DNA of 36,584 bases from a virus (lineage: Duplodnaviria > Heunggongvirae > Uroviricota > Caudoviricetes). Below, piece by piece: positions 1 to 10,144 of the stretch. The number at the start of each line of letters is the position of its first letter. Positions within the stretch are counted from its first letter, which is position 1. The notes under the pieces are model-generated. The model saw only the letters and a program-made list of their open reading frames with translations, was not told the DNA's origin and did not search any database. The stretch is taken from IMG/VR virus record IMGVR_UViG_2718218304_000003. One strand, written 5' to 3'. The position numbers and the translations under genes are program-made.

Positions 1-258
1 ATGCAAACCGTTATTTTTGGTCGTTCGGGTTGCCCTTACTGTGTGCGTGCAAAAGATCTGGCTGAGAAATTGAGCAATGAACGCGATGATTTTCAGTATC
101 AGTATGTAGATATTCGTGCGGAAGGGATCACTAAAGAAGATCTACAACAAAAGGCAGGTAAACCCGTAGAAACCGTGCCGCAGATTTTTGTCGATCAGCA
201 ACATATCGGCGGCTATACCGATTTTGCTGCATGGGTGAAAGAAAATCTGGACGCCTGA
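1..258 (+). CDS. grxA: glutaredoxin 1
   Basis: 85-aa ORF with CPYC active site (GCPYCVRAKDLA); sequence recognisable as enterobacterial GrxA; hairpin terminator follows. Confidence 0.9.
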   Translation: MQTVIFGRSGCPYCVRAKDLAEKLSNERDDFQYQYVDIRAEGITKEDLQQKAGKPVETVPQIFVDQQHIGGYTDFAAWVKENLDA

Positions 259-267
259 TCGTCTGAC

Positions 268-300
268 AAGCCCTCGCGTTGAGGGCTTTACTGATTTTTT
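268..300 (+). terminator. putative intrinsic terminator after grxA
   Basis: Inverted repeat AAGCCCTC / GAGGGCTT (268-275 / 281-288) with 5-nt loop, T6 run at 295-300. Confidence 0.4.
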
Positions 301-665
301 CTGTGCTGTGGTTTAAACAAACTACTGATAAATAAGAAACACAGTGCCCCCAGCGCACACCAGAACACCGCGCTTAGTAACCATGCCAGCTCTTGCCAGA
401 ATGAGCGCGTCGGTGAAAAAAACAGCCGCATAATGAGCATCGAACAGGGTGCCGCCAGCATTGCGCCAAACAGAGGTTTCAGGACTTCTCTACGCTGTGA
501 AAAGAAGCTGGCGACTGCTCCAGGAAGAATGAAAAATAGCAAGCCGATTTCAGGATGCCCGGCAGCCCGAAAAGCGCCTTTCATGTGCGTCGCCAGAAAA
601 AGGCACACCACAATGAAGAGGACAAAACAGCAGATTGCCCCCGCCCAACGTTGTTTATGTTTCAC
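288..665 (-). CDS. ybjM: inner membrane protein YbjM
   Basis: 125-aa hydrophobic multi-TM ORF convergent with grxA; length and synteny fit E. coli ybjM. Confidence 0.7.
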   Translation of the reverse strand: MKHKQRWAGAICCFVLFIVVCLFLATHMKGAFRAAGHPEIGLLFFILPGAVASFFSQRREVLKPLFGAMLAAPCSMLIMRLFFSPTRSFWQELAWLLSAVFWCALGALCFLFISSLFKPQHRKNQ

Positions 666-934
666 TCGTTCCTCCTGACACTGCGTCTATCGAACACATT
701 TTTCGCCAGTGTGGCGTTCAGTAAGATAAAGCCGCTTCGCATTCCATGCTAATATAGGCCAACGCAATTCATATAGCCGTTGATACCTAATGTGATTACA
801 CTAGTAAAATATATTGTTACTTTACTATCGTTTAGGTGCGCTGAATGAATCTGCGCCCTGAATTCTGGTAAAAAACATTATCGTAAATTACCATTTCTTT
901 CAACAGCTTACTAGTAAACAAGAAGTTAGCCTCC

Positions 935-2620
935 GTGAATATAAACGTCGCCGAATTGTTAAATGGGAATTACATTCTGTTATTATTTGTGGTCCTCGCG
1001 CTTGGGCTATGTCTCGGAAAGTTACGACTTGGTTCGATCCAACTGGGTAATTCCATTGGCGTTTTAGTCGTATCGCTGTTATTAGGCCAACAACATTTCA
1101 GCATTAACACCGATGCGCTTAATCTTGGCTTTATGCTGTTTATTTTCTGCGTCGGGGTCGAAGCCGGACCGAACTTTTTTTCCATTTTTTTTCGCGATGG
1201 GAAAAATTACCTAATGTTAGCACTGGTGATGGTTGGCAGTGCGCTGGTGATCGCCTTAGGGTTAGGTAAGCTGTTTGGCTGGGATATTGGCCTGACGGCC
1301 GGTATGTTAGCAGGCTCTATGACGTCGACACCGGTTCTGGTCGGTGCTGGCGATACACTGCGTCATTCCGGCATGGAAAGCAGGCAGCTCTCACTGGCAC
1401 TGGATAATCTGAGCCTCGGGTATGCCTTAACCTATTTAATCGGTCTGGTGAGTTTGATTGTTGGTGCGCGTTACTTGCCGAAATTGCAGCATCAGGACTT
1501 ACAGACCAGCGCCCAGCAAATCGCCCGCGAACGTGGCCTGGACACTGATGCCAACCGTAAGGTTTATTTACCGGTGATCCGCGCCTATCGCGTCGGCCCG
1601 GAACTGGTGGCCTGGACCGACGGCAAAAATCTGCGTGAACTGGGTATTTATCGACAAACCGGCTGCTACATTGAACGTATTCGACGTAACGGGATTCTGG
1701 CAAATCCAGACGGTGATGCCGTGCTACAAATGGGCGATGAAATAGCGTTGGTAGGCTATCCCGACGCCCATGCCCGACTCGATCCCAGCTTCCGTAACGG
1801 TAAAGAAGTTTTCGATCGTGACCTTCTCGACATGCGTATCGTCACTGAAGAAGTGGTCGTTAAAAACCATAACGCTGTAGGTAAACGTCTCGCACAACTG
1901 AAGTTGACCGATCACGGTTGCTTCCTTAACCGCGTCATTCGTAGCCAGATTGAGATGCCGATAGATGACAACGTCGTGCTTAACAAAGGTGACGTTTTAC
2001 AAGTCAGCGGCGATGCCCGCCGCGTAAAAACCATCGCCGATCGCATCGGCTTTATCTCGATTCACAGCCAGGTCACTGACCTGCTGGCATTCTGCGCCTT
2101 CTTTGTTATTGGGCTGATGATCGGGATGATCACCTTCCAGTTCAGCACATTCAGTTTCGGCATGGGGAACGCTGCCGGGTTGTTATTCGCCGGAATTATG
2201 CTGGGCTTTATGCGTGCTAACCACCCGACCTTCGGTTACATTCCGCAGGGTGCATTAAGCATGGTGAAAGAGTTCGGCTTGATGGTGTTTATGGCAGGCG
2301 TTGGTCTGAGCGCCGGTAGCGGTATTAATAACGGCCTGGGCGCGATTGGCGGTCAGATGTTGATTGCCGGATTGATTGTCAGTCTGGTGCCCGTGGTTAT
2401 CTGTTTCTTGTTCGGTGCTTATGTATTGCGAATGAACCGCGCGCTGTTGTTCGGCGCAATGATGGGCGCACGTACCTGCGCGCCGGCAATGGAGATCATC
2501 AGTGATACAGCTCGCAGTAACATCCCGGCGCTGGGCTATGCGGGCACCTATGCAATCGCCAACGTCCTGCTGACGCTGGCAGGGACAATCATCGTCATGC
2601 TATGGCCAGGATTAGGATAA
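935..2620 (+). CDS. ybjL: putative AAE-family transporter YbjL
   Basis: 561-aa ORF (GTG start) with duplicated membrane domains and central soluble domains; recognisable as YbjL; synteny with ybjM-grxA. Confidence 0.8.
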   Translation: MNINVAELLNGNYILLLFVVLALGLCLGKLRLGSIQLGNSIGVLVVSLLLGQQHFSINTDALNLGFMLFIFCVGVEAGPNFFSIFFRDGKNYLMLALVMVGSALVIALGLGKLFGWDIGLTAGMLAGSMTSTPVLVGAGDTLRHSGMESRQLSLALDNLSLGYALTYLIGLVSLIVGARYLPKLQHQDLQTSAQQIARERGLDTDANRKVYLPVIRAYRVGPELVAWTDGKNLRELGIYRQTGCYIERIRRNGILANPDGDAVLQMGDEIALVGYPDAHARLDPSFRNGKEVFDRDLLDMRIVTEEVVVKNHNAVGKRLAQLKLTDHGCFLNRVIRSQIEMPIDDNVVLNKGDVLQVSGDARRVKTIADRIGFISIHSQVTDLLAFCAFFVIGLMIGMITFQFSTFSFGMGNAAGLLFAGIMLGFMRANHPTFGYIPQGALSMVKEFGLMVFMAGVGLSAGSGINNGLGAIGGQMLIAGLIVSLVPVVICFLFGAYVLRMNRALLFGAMMGARTCAPAMEIISDTARSNIPALGYAGTYAIANVLLTLAGTIIVMLWPGLG

Positions 2621-2732
2621 AACTGAAGTTGCCCTGAAAATGAAATTTTTTTGCACAACCGCAGAACTTTTCCGCAGGGCATCAGTCTTAATTAGTGCCA
2701 CTGCTTTTCTTTGATGTCCCCATTTTGTGGAG

Positions 2733-2775
2733 CCCATCAACCCCGCCATTTCGGTTCAAGGTTGATGGGTTTTTT
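2733..2775 (+). terminator. intrinsic terminator in host/prophage junction
   Basis: Perfect 10-bp stem CCCATCAACC / GGTTGATGGG (2733-2742 / 2760-2769), 17-nt loop, T6 run at 2770-2775. Confidence 0.5.
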
Positions 2776-2855
2776 GTTGTCTGAAATTTATGCCGTTTAA
2801 AATCATGATGTTAGAAGCACTGTTTTTTAACGATGGCGACAAAATGGCGGCAGCG

Positions 2856-3074
2856 TCAAAGAGAGAGCGCCACCTGTCCTGATTTCATTGGATGCGGCTG
2901 AACCGGATTTGACTCTTTTGGCGTTGCAATCGAACGAACAAAAGTTTCATGGGTAACAAAAGTATGGCTGCAGTTAATGTTCTGGCACTGGTTGTAACGC
3001 TCTTTGGTCAATGAAGATACCTGAAAACTGCTGCGAGTATGGGCGGCACTTCCACACAGTGGGCAAATCATCAT
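2856..3074 (-). CDS. ogr: late-gene transcriptional activator, Ogr/B family zinc finger
   Basis: C-x2-C...C-x4-C motif (CPLCG...CQNINC); start moved to internal Met (MICPLCG) giving 72 aa, the Ogr length; sits next to gene D as in P2/186. Confidence 0.8.
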   Translation of the reverse strand: MMICPLCGSAAHTRSSFQVSSLTKERYNQCQNINCSHTFVTHETFVRSIATPKESNPVQPHPMKSGQVALSL

Positions 3075-3164
3075 TTTTCGAGTTCTCCCCATTTTTGCTA
3101 AATTCACAATAATGATACCGCATTATTCCATTTTGCAAACTTAAAAGTTCTCCATTGCGAAGAA

Positions 3165-4265
3165 TCATTCCATTTCGAAATCATCAATCCTCACTTCAAG
3201 CTCCAGACTGGTCGTAAAACCGTTATCCGGGCTGACGGTATGCGTCAGAGTCGTAATGGTCCATTCCGCATCATCTATCGGCTGTTTAAAACCACTGACC
3301 TTCACAGGCATTTCCGTGTAGAGATCTGCCCGCCCTTCTGCCAGTTGTAGCGAAAATGACGCAACGCCGCGTTGCAGGCGTTCCCACTGCATTTTCGCCG
3401 CTCGTTCGGCGTTGCTCCGGTTGGCATAAGTGCGATTAAGTACCAGCACGTTTTCATCCGTACCCACCAGGTAATCGCCCTGCTTCGCTTCTGGCTCTTT
3501 CTTCTGCTTCTTAGTTCTGCGCTTACGCTTCACCGTGGTGCTTTCTTTCTTCGCAGGTTCGCGGGTATGCAACCAGCTGGCAATTACGCCCGTGTAGGCT
3601 CCGCGATCTGCCAGGGTAAATCGGTGACTGTCGCCGTCCTTGCGTGTGATAGTGATCACTGGCAGAGGTTTACCAGTGGCGCTTTTGCCCTGCCCCTGCC
3701 GGATGAATAACAGATTGCCATTTTTCACCGACGCGATGGCACCGTACTGTCGCGCCAGCCGCATCAGAAAACTGCCGTCACTCTCATTAGTCTGGTCTAT
3801 ATGCTCCACGGGCTTATCCGACAGGTCTTTACCCAGTGCCATCTTCAGCTTGTGCCGCGCGGCTATTTCCTTCACCACTTCCCCGACGGTGGTCTTGTGC
3901 CACGATTTTTCACGGCGGGTATTCAGCGTTTCCCGAAAATCAGCACTTCGCGCCCGGATAGTCAGGCGGTCCGGTGCGCCAGTGTGTTCAATCTCGTCCA
4001 CCGTGAATGTCCCTTTCGGGAAAAGCGGCTGCCCCTTCCAGCCCAGCGCCAGCGTAATGACCGCACCACGGCGCGGCAGCACGATTTTTCCGTCGGCGTC
4101 GTCCAGCTCCAGATCAAGCTGGTCCGCGTCAAAGCCCCGATTGTCCGTCAACGTCAGACTCATCAGACGGTTATCCAGCACAGTAGTGATATCCCTGCCC
4201 TCAATACTGATGCTGAATGCGGGAGTTTTGTTGCCTTTGTTAAGCAGTTCAGAGCTGAAATTCAC
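3165..4265 (-). CDS. D: tail protein gpD
   Basis: 366 aa; conserved blocks match P2 D (TPAFSI..GRDIT, LTLTDNRGF.ADQLD, RARSADFR, WTIT..THT); position and overlap with U. Confidence 0.9.
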   Translation of the reverse strand: MNFSSELLNKGNKTPAFSISIEGRDITTVLDNRLMSLTLTDNRGFDADQLDLELDDADGKIVLPRRGAVITLALGWKGQPLFPKGTFTVDEIEHTGAPDRLTIRARSADFRETLNTRREKSWHKTTVGEVVKEIAARHKLKMALGKDLSDKPVEHIDQTNESDGSFLMRLARQYGAIASVKNGNLLFIRQGQGKSATGKPLPVITITRKDGDSHRFTLADRGAYTGVIASWLHTREPAKKESTTVKRKRRTKKQKKEPEAKQGDYLVGTDENVLVLNRTYANRSNAERAAKMQWERLQRGVASFSLQLAEGRADLYTEMPVKVSGFKQPIDDAEWTITTLTHTVSPDNGFTTSLELEVRIDDFEME

Positions 4266-4747
4266 GACAGCAGCCCTCCCACCGTTTTACTGATATCACT
4301 TAAGGCAGATGTTGCCGTGTCCTGCAGATTATTCAGTTGCGTACTGAGATCACCGAACATATCGGACAGGGATTCATCCACCCGTTTGAGCGACAGGGTG
4401 AACTCAATCCGGCGCGGCATACCGTCGCGGAAAAACTCCGTTTTAGTCTGATTCAGTCCCTCAATCACATACATGCCGTAAATCGTGCCGCTGCCTTCAA
4501 TCAGGGGCCATGCTTTTCCCTGTTCTGCCATCTGCTCCAGAGCCAGCAACGACAGCCTGCCGCCCGTTACCTCCGGCATAAGAACACCAGAAAGCGTCAG
4601 CATGTCGTTGTCCGGTCCCAGAAACTGCGTTGACGGGCGTCGGTTTACCCGGCTGTTTGCCGCATGTCGCCAGCTGCGTTGATACTGCAGCTCCTGATAC
4701 GGCACGGTGCGCAGCATAAACACGTACAATCCCAGCACCATCATCAT
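4262..4747 (-). CDS. U: tail protein gpU
   Basis: 161 aa, P2 U-like; start overlaps T stop, stop overlaps D start. Confidence 0.85.
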   Translation of the reverse strand: MMMVLGLYVFMLRTVPYQELQYQRSWRHAANSRVNRRPSTQFLGPDNDMLTLSGVLMPEVTGGRLSLLALEQMAEQGKAWPLIEGSGTIYGMYVIEGLNQTKTEFFRDGMPRRIEFTLSLKRVDESLSDMFGDLSTQLNNLQDTATSALSDISKTVGGLLS

Positions 4748-7700
4748 GCGTCGTATCCCCCCTGATCGCTGTAGTTACTCCTGGCTTTTGCCTTCAGCCT
4801 GCGTTCACGTTCATCAAGCTGGCGGGCCACCTCCCGCGCAATATCCTGCGCACTTTGTCCTGGCTGCGTCTGGATGATGATCTGCGTCGGTGCCTCAATC
4901 CTGTAAACAGGCGGCACAGTGGCTGCGCGACTCACAATTGCTTCTCCACCTTTCGCGGGAAGTGCCAAAGGGTGCAACGGTGGAAGCTCTGCTGGCACGG
5001 CAGCAACGCCCATCATTCCGGCAACAACGGCAGCCAGTGCAGCTGTATTTCTCCGGCTGGTCACATTTGCCGGGCCGTTAACAATTTCCGGCCCGTTTTC
5101 ACCGACGATGCCAAACTGCCCGCGCGGGATATAGCCGCCGCTGTCATACATCCCCGCAAAGCCATATCCCCATGACGGAAAACCACCCGATGGCATCATC
5201 ACTTTACCGTCTGTATTCACCGTCGCAGGTTGCTGACGCGTCACACTTTCCGGTAGTTTCGCCTTTGCGGCCTCTTTACTGACAACGCCGAGTTTCTCCA
5301 GCAACCAGGAAACGCCGGATTTCAGGGAGTCCAGCGGATACATGACCATATTCAGCCCTTCCGCCAGTGCCTCCCCGAATCGCCGCCCCATTGCCGCTGC
5401 ACTCTGCAGTTCGGCAGAGGTCGACTTAACGGGCGTCAGCAGATCAGTAAACCAGCCCCACAACGCCTGTACTTTGTCGCCAATCCACTGGAACACGGGC
5501 TTAAGCGGTTCGAATGCTGCACTGACGGGACCTGCCGCAGCTTTGAATCCTTCCACCACGCCACCAAGAAATGCGGTGATGGGTTGCCAGTATTTCCAGA
5601 CAACCAGCGCCACGCCCGCCAGTGCAGTAACCACAAGAGCTATCGGACTGAGCAGAGCACCTAACAGACCAGATACGGCATACAGGGCAACGCGCAGCAT
5701 CGCCAGTGGACCAGATGCCAGTACTCGCAGCACCGTGCCTGCGGCGGCCAGTCCACCGCGCAGTACCGCAAGAGGATTCATAAACATCACAGCAACAGCA
5801 CGTAAACCGGATAATCCAGACCGCAAAAGTGCAACCGGCGCACCTGCTACAGTTTTCAGGACATTTCCCGTCAGTGATGCCGTGCGGCGCAAAGACGACA
5901 ACGGCGCAGTAAGTAAACCTGCGGCGTTGCCCGATGAAGCAAGCCCGCGTCGCAGCAGTGCCAGTGGTGCGCCAGCCAGCCAGGACAACGCGCTGCTGGT
6001 TCGAGTTACTGCTGCCGTAACGGAAGGTAACGTTTTGATACCCAGCACAGAGAACCCCAGACGGATGACTGCCAGCGGCCCCAGCACTGCAGCTAACACC
6101 ACCGCTAAGGTGCCGAGGCCCACGGTAACCGCAGCCACAACAGCCGCCGCTTTCATCAGTGTGCCCGTCAGTTCCGGGTTAGCTTCCACCCAGCGACGCA
6201 ACGCCCCCGTGACGCTTTTCACCGTGTACAGAATATCCATCAGCGGCTGGCGCAGCGTTTCGCCCAGGCTGCTGAAGGTGTTCTGCGCTCCGGTTTTGAC
6301 CAGCAACCACTGAGCAGAAAGTGAGTCCTTGTTGATGTCGGATTCTTTCTGCATGGAACCGAGCGCATCATTGCCCGCTGTCAGCTTTAACTGGCGCTGC
6401 AGTTCCGGCAGGTTGTTTGCCAGTTTCGCCGCATCATCGCCAAACTCTTTACCAAACAACATGGTCATGGCAGACAGACGCTTGTCCTGCGGCAGTGCGT
6501 TCACCTTCTCCAGCACGCGCTGGATGGTTCCCATCGCATCCTTCGTCATTTGCTTTTCAATCAATTCAGGATTGAGTTTCAGCAGATTCATCCCTTCAAA
6601 GAAACTCTTGCTTTGCATGGTGGCAATGGACAATTCACGCACCATCGCGTTTGCTGCACTGGCTGCAACCTCCGGCGCAGCGCCCAGTGTCAGAAAGGTG
6701 GAACCCAGTGCCGCCGCTTTACGATAATCCAGACGGTCAGCCACACCGCCCAGACGTTGCATCACATCAATGATGTCCGCCCCTTTCGACATGGCGTTAT
6801 CATCCAGATAGTTCAGCGCATCGCCGAGCTGTTCAATATTGCGGGTAGGTATTTTGTAGAGCTGGGCGATTTTCCCCAGACTTTCTGACAGTTCATCCGC
6901 TGGCAGCTCAAAGGCTGTTGCCGCCTTTGCTGCCGTACTGGCGAAGGCCAGCAGGTCACGTTTCTGGTCTTCCCAGCTGTCGTCAGGGTTTGCGACGTTC
7001 ATGCGCGCACCACCTTCAACCAGTGCAGCGAAGTCCACCGCACCGTTTTCCATCGGCAACTGTTCGCTGGCAGCCTTGATGGCATCCTGCATTTCATAAA
7101 AACGTGCAGTACGGTTTCCATTATCGTCACGCAGACCATTGACCTGCTTTGCCACACCTTTCATGGCATCTTCCATGCTGGTATAGCTTTTTACTGCCGC
7201 TATCACTGGCGTCCCCATTGCCAGCCCTGCAGCCGTGGTAGTGGCTCCGGCTCCTGCAATACGATCGCGCACCTCCAGCGAACGGGCATAACTGGCACGC
7301 GCCGCATTCATCCTGCGCTGAGCTTCACCCAGTCGCTTCAGCCGCGCCTCCTGTTTCGACAATTCCTGGTTATAACGTGATGTTTCACGGGCTAAACGGG
7401 CAGTTGCTCCCGCATCATCTTTCGCAGAAATTCCCGCCCGGTACAGTTCTGCACGCACAAGCGCCGTTTGCTTCTGCAAATATTTTTGTTGTTCTTCCAG
7501 GCGTTGGACTGCCAGCGTTTGCCGACCTAAAGCCACAAGGTGCCGTTGTGATGGTTGTTCCATCGCCTCCAGCTCAGAGCTAAGCAAATTAGCCTTCTGT
7601 CTGGCATAGTTCAGCCTGTCGCCTAACTTCTTGTTATCGGCCTGCAGCTTGCGAAATTTTTCCAGGCTGTTACCCGCCTGATTGAGTTGCTTTAATGCGT

Positions 7701-7821
7701 CACGGGAGTTTCTGATTGCGCCAGCCAGCTCTTTCGAACTGGCCTGTGCAGCACGGAATGGGCGGGTGAGTTTGTCAACCGCATTAAGAATGACCTGCAG
7801 CCGCAGGTTATTATTACTCAT
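4744..7821 (-). CDS. T: tail tape measure protein gpT
   Basis: 1025 aa, coiled-coil N-terminus, hydrophobic repeats (PLAxLRxGL), position after E/E+E'. Confidence 0.85.
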   Translation of the reverse strand: MSNNNLRLQVILNAVDKLTRPFRAAQASSKELAGAIRNSRDALKQLNQAGNSLEKFRKLQADNKKLGDRLNYARQKANLLSSELEAMEQPSQRHLVALGRQTLAVQRLEEQQKYLQKQTALVRAELYRAGISAKDDAGATARLARETSRYNQELSKQEARLKRLGEAQRRMNAARASYARSLEVRDRIAGAGATTTAAGLAMGTPVIAAVKSYTSMEDAMKGVAKQVNGLRDDNGNRTARFYEMQDAIKAASEQLPMENGAVDFAALVEGGARMNVANPDDSWEDQKRDLLAFASTAAKAATAFELPADELSESLGKIAQLYKIPTRNIEQLGDALNYLDDNAMSKGADIIDVMQRLGGVADRLDYRKAAALGSTFLTLGAAPEVAASAANAMVRELSIATMQSKSFFEGMNLLKLNPELIEKQMTKDAMGTIQRVLEKVNALPQDKRLSAMTMLFGKEFGDDAAKLANNLPELQRQLKLTAGNDALGSMQKESDINKDSLSAQWLLVKTGAQNTFSSLGETLRQPLMDILYTVKSVTGALRRWVEANPELTGTLMKAAAVVAAVTVGLGTLAVVLAAVLGPLAVIRLGFSVLGIKTLPSVTAAVTRTSSALSWLAGAPLALLRRGLASSGNAAGLLTAPLSSLRRTASLTGNVLKTVAGAPVALLRSGLSGLRAVAVMFMNPLAVLRGGLAAAGTVLRVLASGPLAMLRVALYAVSGLLGALLSPIALVVTALAGVALVVWKYWQPITAFLGGVVEGFKAAAGPVSAAFEPLKPVFQWIGDKVQALWGWFTDLLTPVKSTSAELQSAAAMGRRFGEALAEGLNMVMYPLDSLKSGVSWLLEKLGVVSKEAAKAKLPESVTRQQPATVNTDGKVMMPSGGFPSWGYGFAGMYDSGGYIPRGQFGIVGENGPEIVNGPANVTSRRNTAALAAVVAGMMGVAAVPAELPPLHPLALPAKGGEAIVSRAATVPPVYRIEAPTQIIIQTQPGQSAQDIAREVARQLDERERRLKAKARSNYSDQGGYDA

Positions 7822-8250
7822 CGTTGGCCCCGCTTCTCTGAATCGCTTTATACCGCCATTCCAGCACTTCGGTCAGCGGCATAACGTCAGTAACGGATGG
7901 CGGCCAGTGAAAAATGGTGGCGATATCTGCCACCAGATCGTCAACCGTCAGGCTGTCGGTAAACCGGCAAGCACCGACTTCTTCAACAAAAAAGTGACAA
8001 CCTCAACCGACATGGCAGTGAGATCTGCCGGGTCCATCTCTGCAATTTCCTGTGCAGTCAGTACCGGACTGGAGATGCGGGGGATCACGGTCATCATCGC
8101 GTTCACATCCATATCCATAATGGCCTGCAGGCGTGTACCGCGCAGCGCACCGGACTGCGGTTTACGCAGCACAATTTCGGTAATTTCTGTTTTACCGCGC
8201 TTGATAGGGGTATCCAGTTGAATGGTCTTTTCAGTCTGCTTATCGCTCAT
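7814..8250 (-). CDS. tail assembly chaperone gpE+E' (-1 programmed frameshift product)
   Basis: Slippery heptamer TTTTTTG on the coding strand (revcomp of 7987-7993) inside gpE; the -1 frame continues ...VADIATIFHWPP... to a TAA at 7814-7816, overlapping the T start codon. Confidence 0.6.
7948..8250 (-). CDS. E: tail assembly chaperone gpE
   Basis: 100-aa ORF between FII and T, contains the slippery site near its 3' end. Confidence 0.8.
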   Translation of the reverse strand: MSDKQTEKTIQLDTPIKRGKTEITEIVLRKPQSGALRGTRLQAIMDMDVNAMMTVIPRISSPVLTAQEIAEMDPADLTAMSVEVVTFLLKKSVLAGLPTA

Positions 8251-8304
8251 TTTGTTGTCCTGTAAATTGGGTTCTGGCGCGGTATCCCGCGCCGTTCAGA
8301 TAGA

Positions 8305-8820
8305 TCAGAGGCCGAGGGCGTTGCGGTGCGCTTCCATCAGGTCTACACCGTCCACAATTTCCACCATGTTGATAAGGTCCACTTCATAGAGCACCTCACC
8401 ATTGATGGTCAGCTTCGCGTAGCTGTTGGTACTGGTCACTTTGGTGGTGTTGCTTTCGCCCGTCTTCCACTCGCCGGAATCCACTTCTTTGTGACGTCCA
8501 CGCACCACAAGCTCCACAGCCTGCACTTCCCCGGTATCGTCACGCTGGATAGAGCCGGTAAAGCGCAGCTGGATGCCATCCACCGTGGCTTTGCCCATCT
8601 GCTTAAACAGCAGCAGTTCAGTACCACCAATGGAAAATTCTGTATCCAGTGCACTGTCATCCAGTCCCAGATCCACATCCACCGCCCCCGGCATTCCGCC
8701 ACCGCGATACTTCTCATATTTGCGGGTGAATTTCGGCAGCGTCAGCGACTCAACGATCCCCTGCCAGTTGTTCCCGTCGTTAAACAGGTTCAGGTGTTTT
8801 AATTTGCGTGGTAAAGCCAT
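8305..8820 (-). CDS. FII: tail tube protein gpFII
   Basis: 171 aa (P2 FII is 172), position downstream of sheath gene. Confidence 0.9.
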   Translation of the reverse strand: MALPRKLKHLNLFNDGNNWQGIVESLTLPKFTRKYEKYRGGGMPGAVDVDLGLDDSALDTEFSIGGTELLLFKQMGKATVDGIQLRFTGSIQRDDTGEVQAVELVVRGRHKEVDSGEWKTGESNTTKVTSTNSYAKLTINGEVLYEVDLINMVEIVDGVDLMEAHRNALGL

Positions 8821-8829
8821 GTTGCCCCC

Positions 8830-10002
8830 TTACGCGCTGACCTGGCTGGCAAAATTCACCAGGTACTGATCGGTGATGCGCTGGCGCAGCATCAGATTTT
8901 CAAGTGGCGGCACTGGCGTGTAGTCATAGTCGATGGTGAGTTTTCCGGCTTTCAGCGTGTCTTTGTCGTTCACCGACTCATCCAGCCAGCAATCACCACC
9001 AATGAGATAGCCCTGACTGACCAGGCTGCGCATTTTGGCGCGGATACCTTCGATAATGTCGCGGGCCAGCGACGGGTTAAGCGGTTTATCCACCGCCCAC
9101 ATGTGTGCTTCTGCCATCGTGTCCATCAGCACCTGCGCCGTGCGGGTGTAGTTTTCGAAGGCAAAGAGCGGGTCATCACTCAGGCAGCGGGAACCCCAGA
9201 AGCGGAAACCGTCTTTACGCACAAGTGTGGTGACGTCGTTCTGGTTCAGCAGACCTGCATCGGTTGCCGGGTCCTGCAGATCCCAGAACACATCTGCAGA
9301 AATTCCGGTGACACCGTTCACGCCCACGTTGGACAGGCTTTTGTGCCATCCGGTCTGCTCGTCAATTTTGGCGCGCAGACCAAGCGCACGGGCGGTGGCA
9401 TATGCCGTTGCTTCGGCATTCAGCACCGTGTCCCAGCCAGTAAAGTCAGGCCAGATCAGCATCCCTTCGCGCTGGCTGAAGTTTTCACGGTAAGTGATCG
9501 CCTCCTGTACCGTCTTGCAGCCATACGCTGACAGGTAAGCAAATCCACGCAGGCTTTGCGCCACGCTCAGCAACTCAGTAGCTACCGCCTTGGTGTCGTG
9601 GCCTGGCACGCCGAGAATGCGCGGTTTAACGCCGAGCTGAGCCTGTGCAGATAACAGGGCTTTCATACCTGTTTTTTTACCTTCAGCAGTCACTGCGCCG
9701 ATGATATTGGTCGTGGTTTCGTCTTCCGTTTCACCCTGCGGCACACGCACAACAACGGTCACGGGTTTTGCCTGGTCAGCGATGGCATCCAGCGAACGAG
9801 CCAGCGTGCCTGACTCACCCGCTTTACCGCTGGCAGTCAGCACATCAGTGATCAGCACGGGTTTATTAAGAGGAAACATTTTTGCATCGGCATCATCGCC
9901 CGTGCAGACCATACCCACGATGGCGGTGCTCACCGTGGTAATGGATCGGGTGCCTTCGTTGACTTCAACAACGCGCACCCCGTGGTGGTAATCCTGAGCC
10001 AT
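8830..10002 (-). CDS. FI: contractile tail sheath protein gpFI
   Basis: 390 aa, P2 FI-like sequence and position. Confidence 0.9.
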   Translation of the reverse strand: MAQDYHHGVRVVEVNEGTRSITTVSTAIVGMVCTGDDADAKMFPLNKPVLITDVLTASGKAGESGTLARSLDAIADQAKPVTVVVRVPQGETEDETTTNIIGAVTAEGKKTGMKALLSAQAQLGVKPRILGVPGHDTKAVATELLSVAQSLRGFAYLSAYGCKTVQEAITYRENFSQREGMLIWPDFTGWDTVLNAEATAYATARALGLRAKIDEQTGWHKSLSNVGVNGVTGISADVFWDLQDPATDAGLLNQNDVTTLVRKDGFRFWGSRCLSDDPLFAFENYTRTAQVLMDTMAEAHMWAVDKPLNPSLARDIIEGIRAKMRSLVSQGYLIGGDCWLDESVNDKDTLKAGKLTIDYDYTPVPPLENLMLRQRITDQYLVNFASQVSA

Positions 10003-10078
10003 AGTGGCGAACCTCCTGATTGGATTAGGCTTCGCCCTATGTTGAAGTGATTGTGCCTGACAAACAGCTAAGCGCAGT

Positions 10079-10096
10079 TGTATCGTTATTCATACA
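10079..10096 (-). promoter_or_regulatory. candidate late-promoter activator site (TGT-N12-ACA) upstream of FI
   Basis: TGTATCGTTATTCATACA, imperfect palindrome, 85 bp upstream of FI start codon; P2-family late promoters carry a TGT-N12-ACA Ogr site. Confidence 0.45.
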
Positions 10097-10144
10097 AAAT
10101 GACGGTATTTGTCTGCTTGCAGGGATAATCAACATAATGCTGAT

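Noticed and set aside
780-930. Direct repeat of ACTAGTAAA (near 797 and 911) in the ybjM-ybjL divergent promoter region
   Set aside because: Short, AT-rich and in a host intergenic region; could be a regulator site but is not distinguishable from chance by eye.
2974-3168. 64-aa ORF overlapping the ogr-like gene and the D stop
   Set aside because: Overlaps the zinc-finger gene in another frame; the ogr-like reading is supported by the conserved motif and length.
5342-6313. 323-aa plus-strand ORF, and several other 60-330-aa ORFs, antisense to the tape measure and other tail genes
   Set aside because: They lie entirely inside well-supported minus-strand structural genes, have low-complexity Ala/Ser/Pro/Arg-rich translations typical of antisense frames, and show no ribosome-binding sites.
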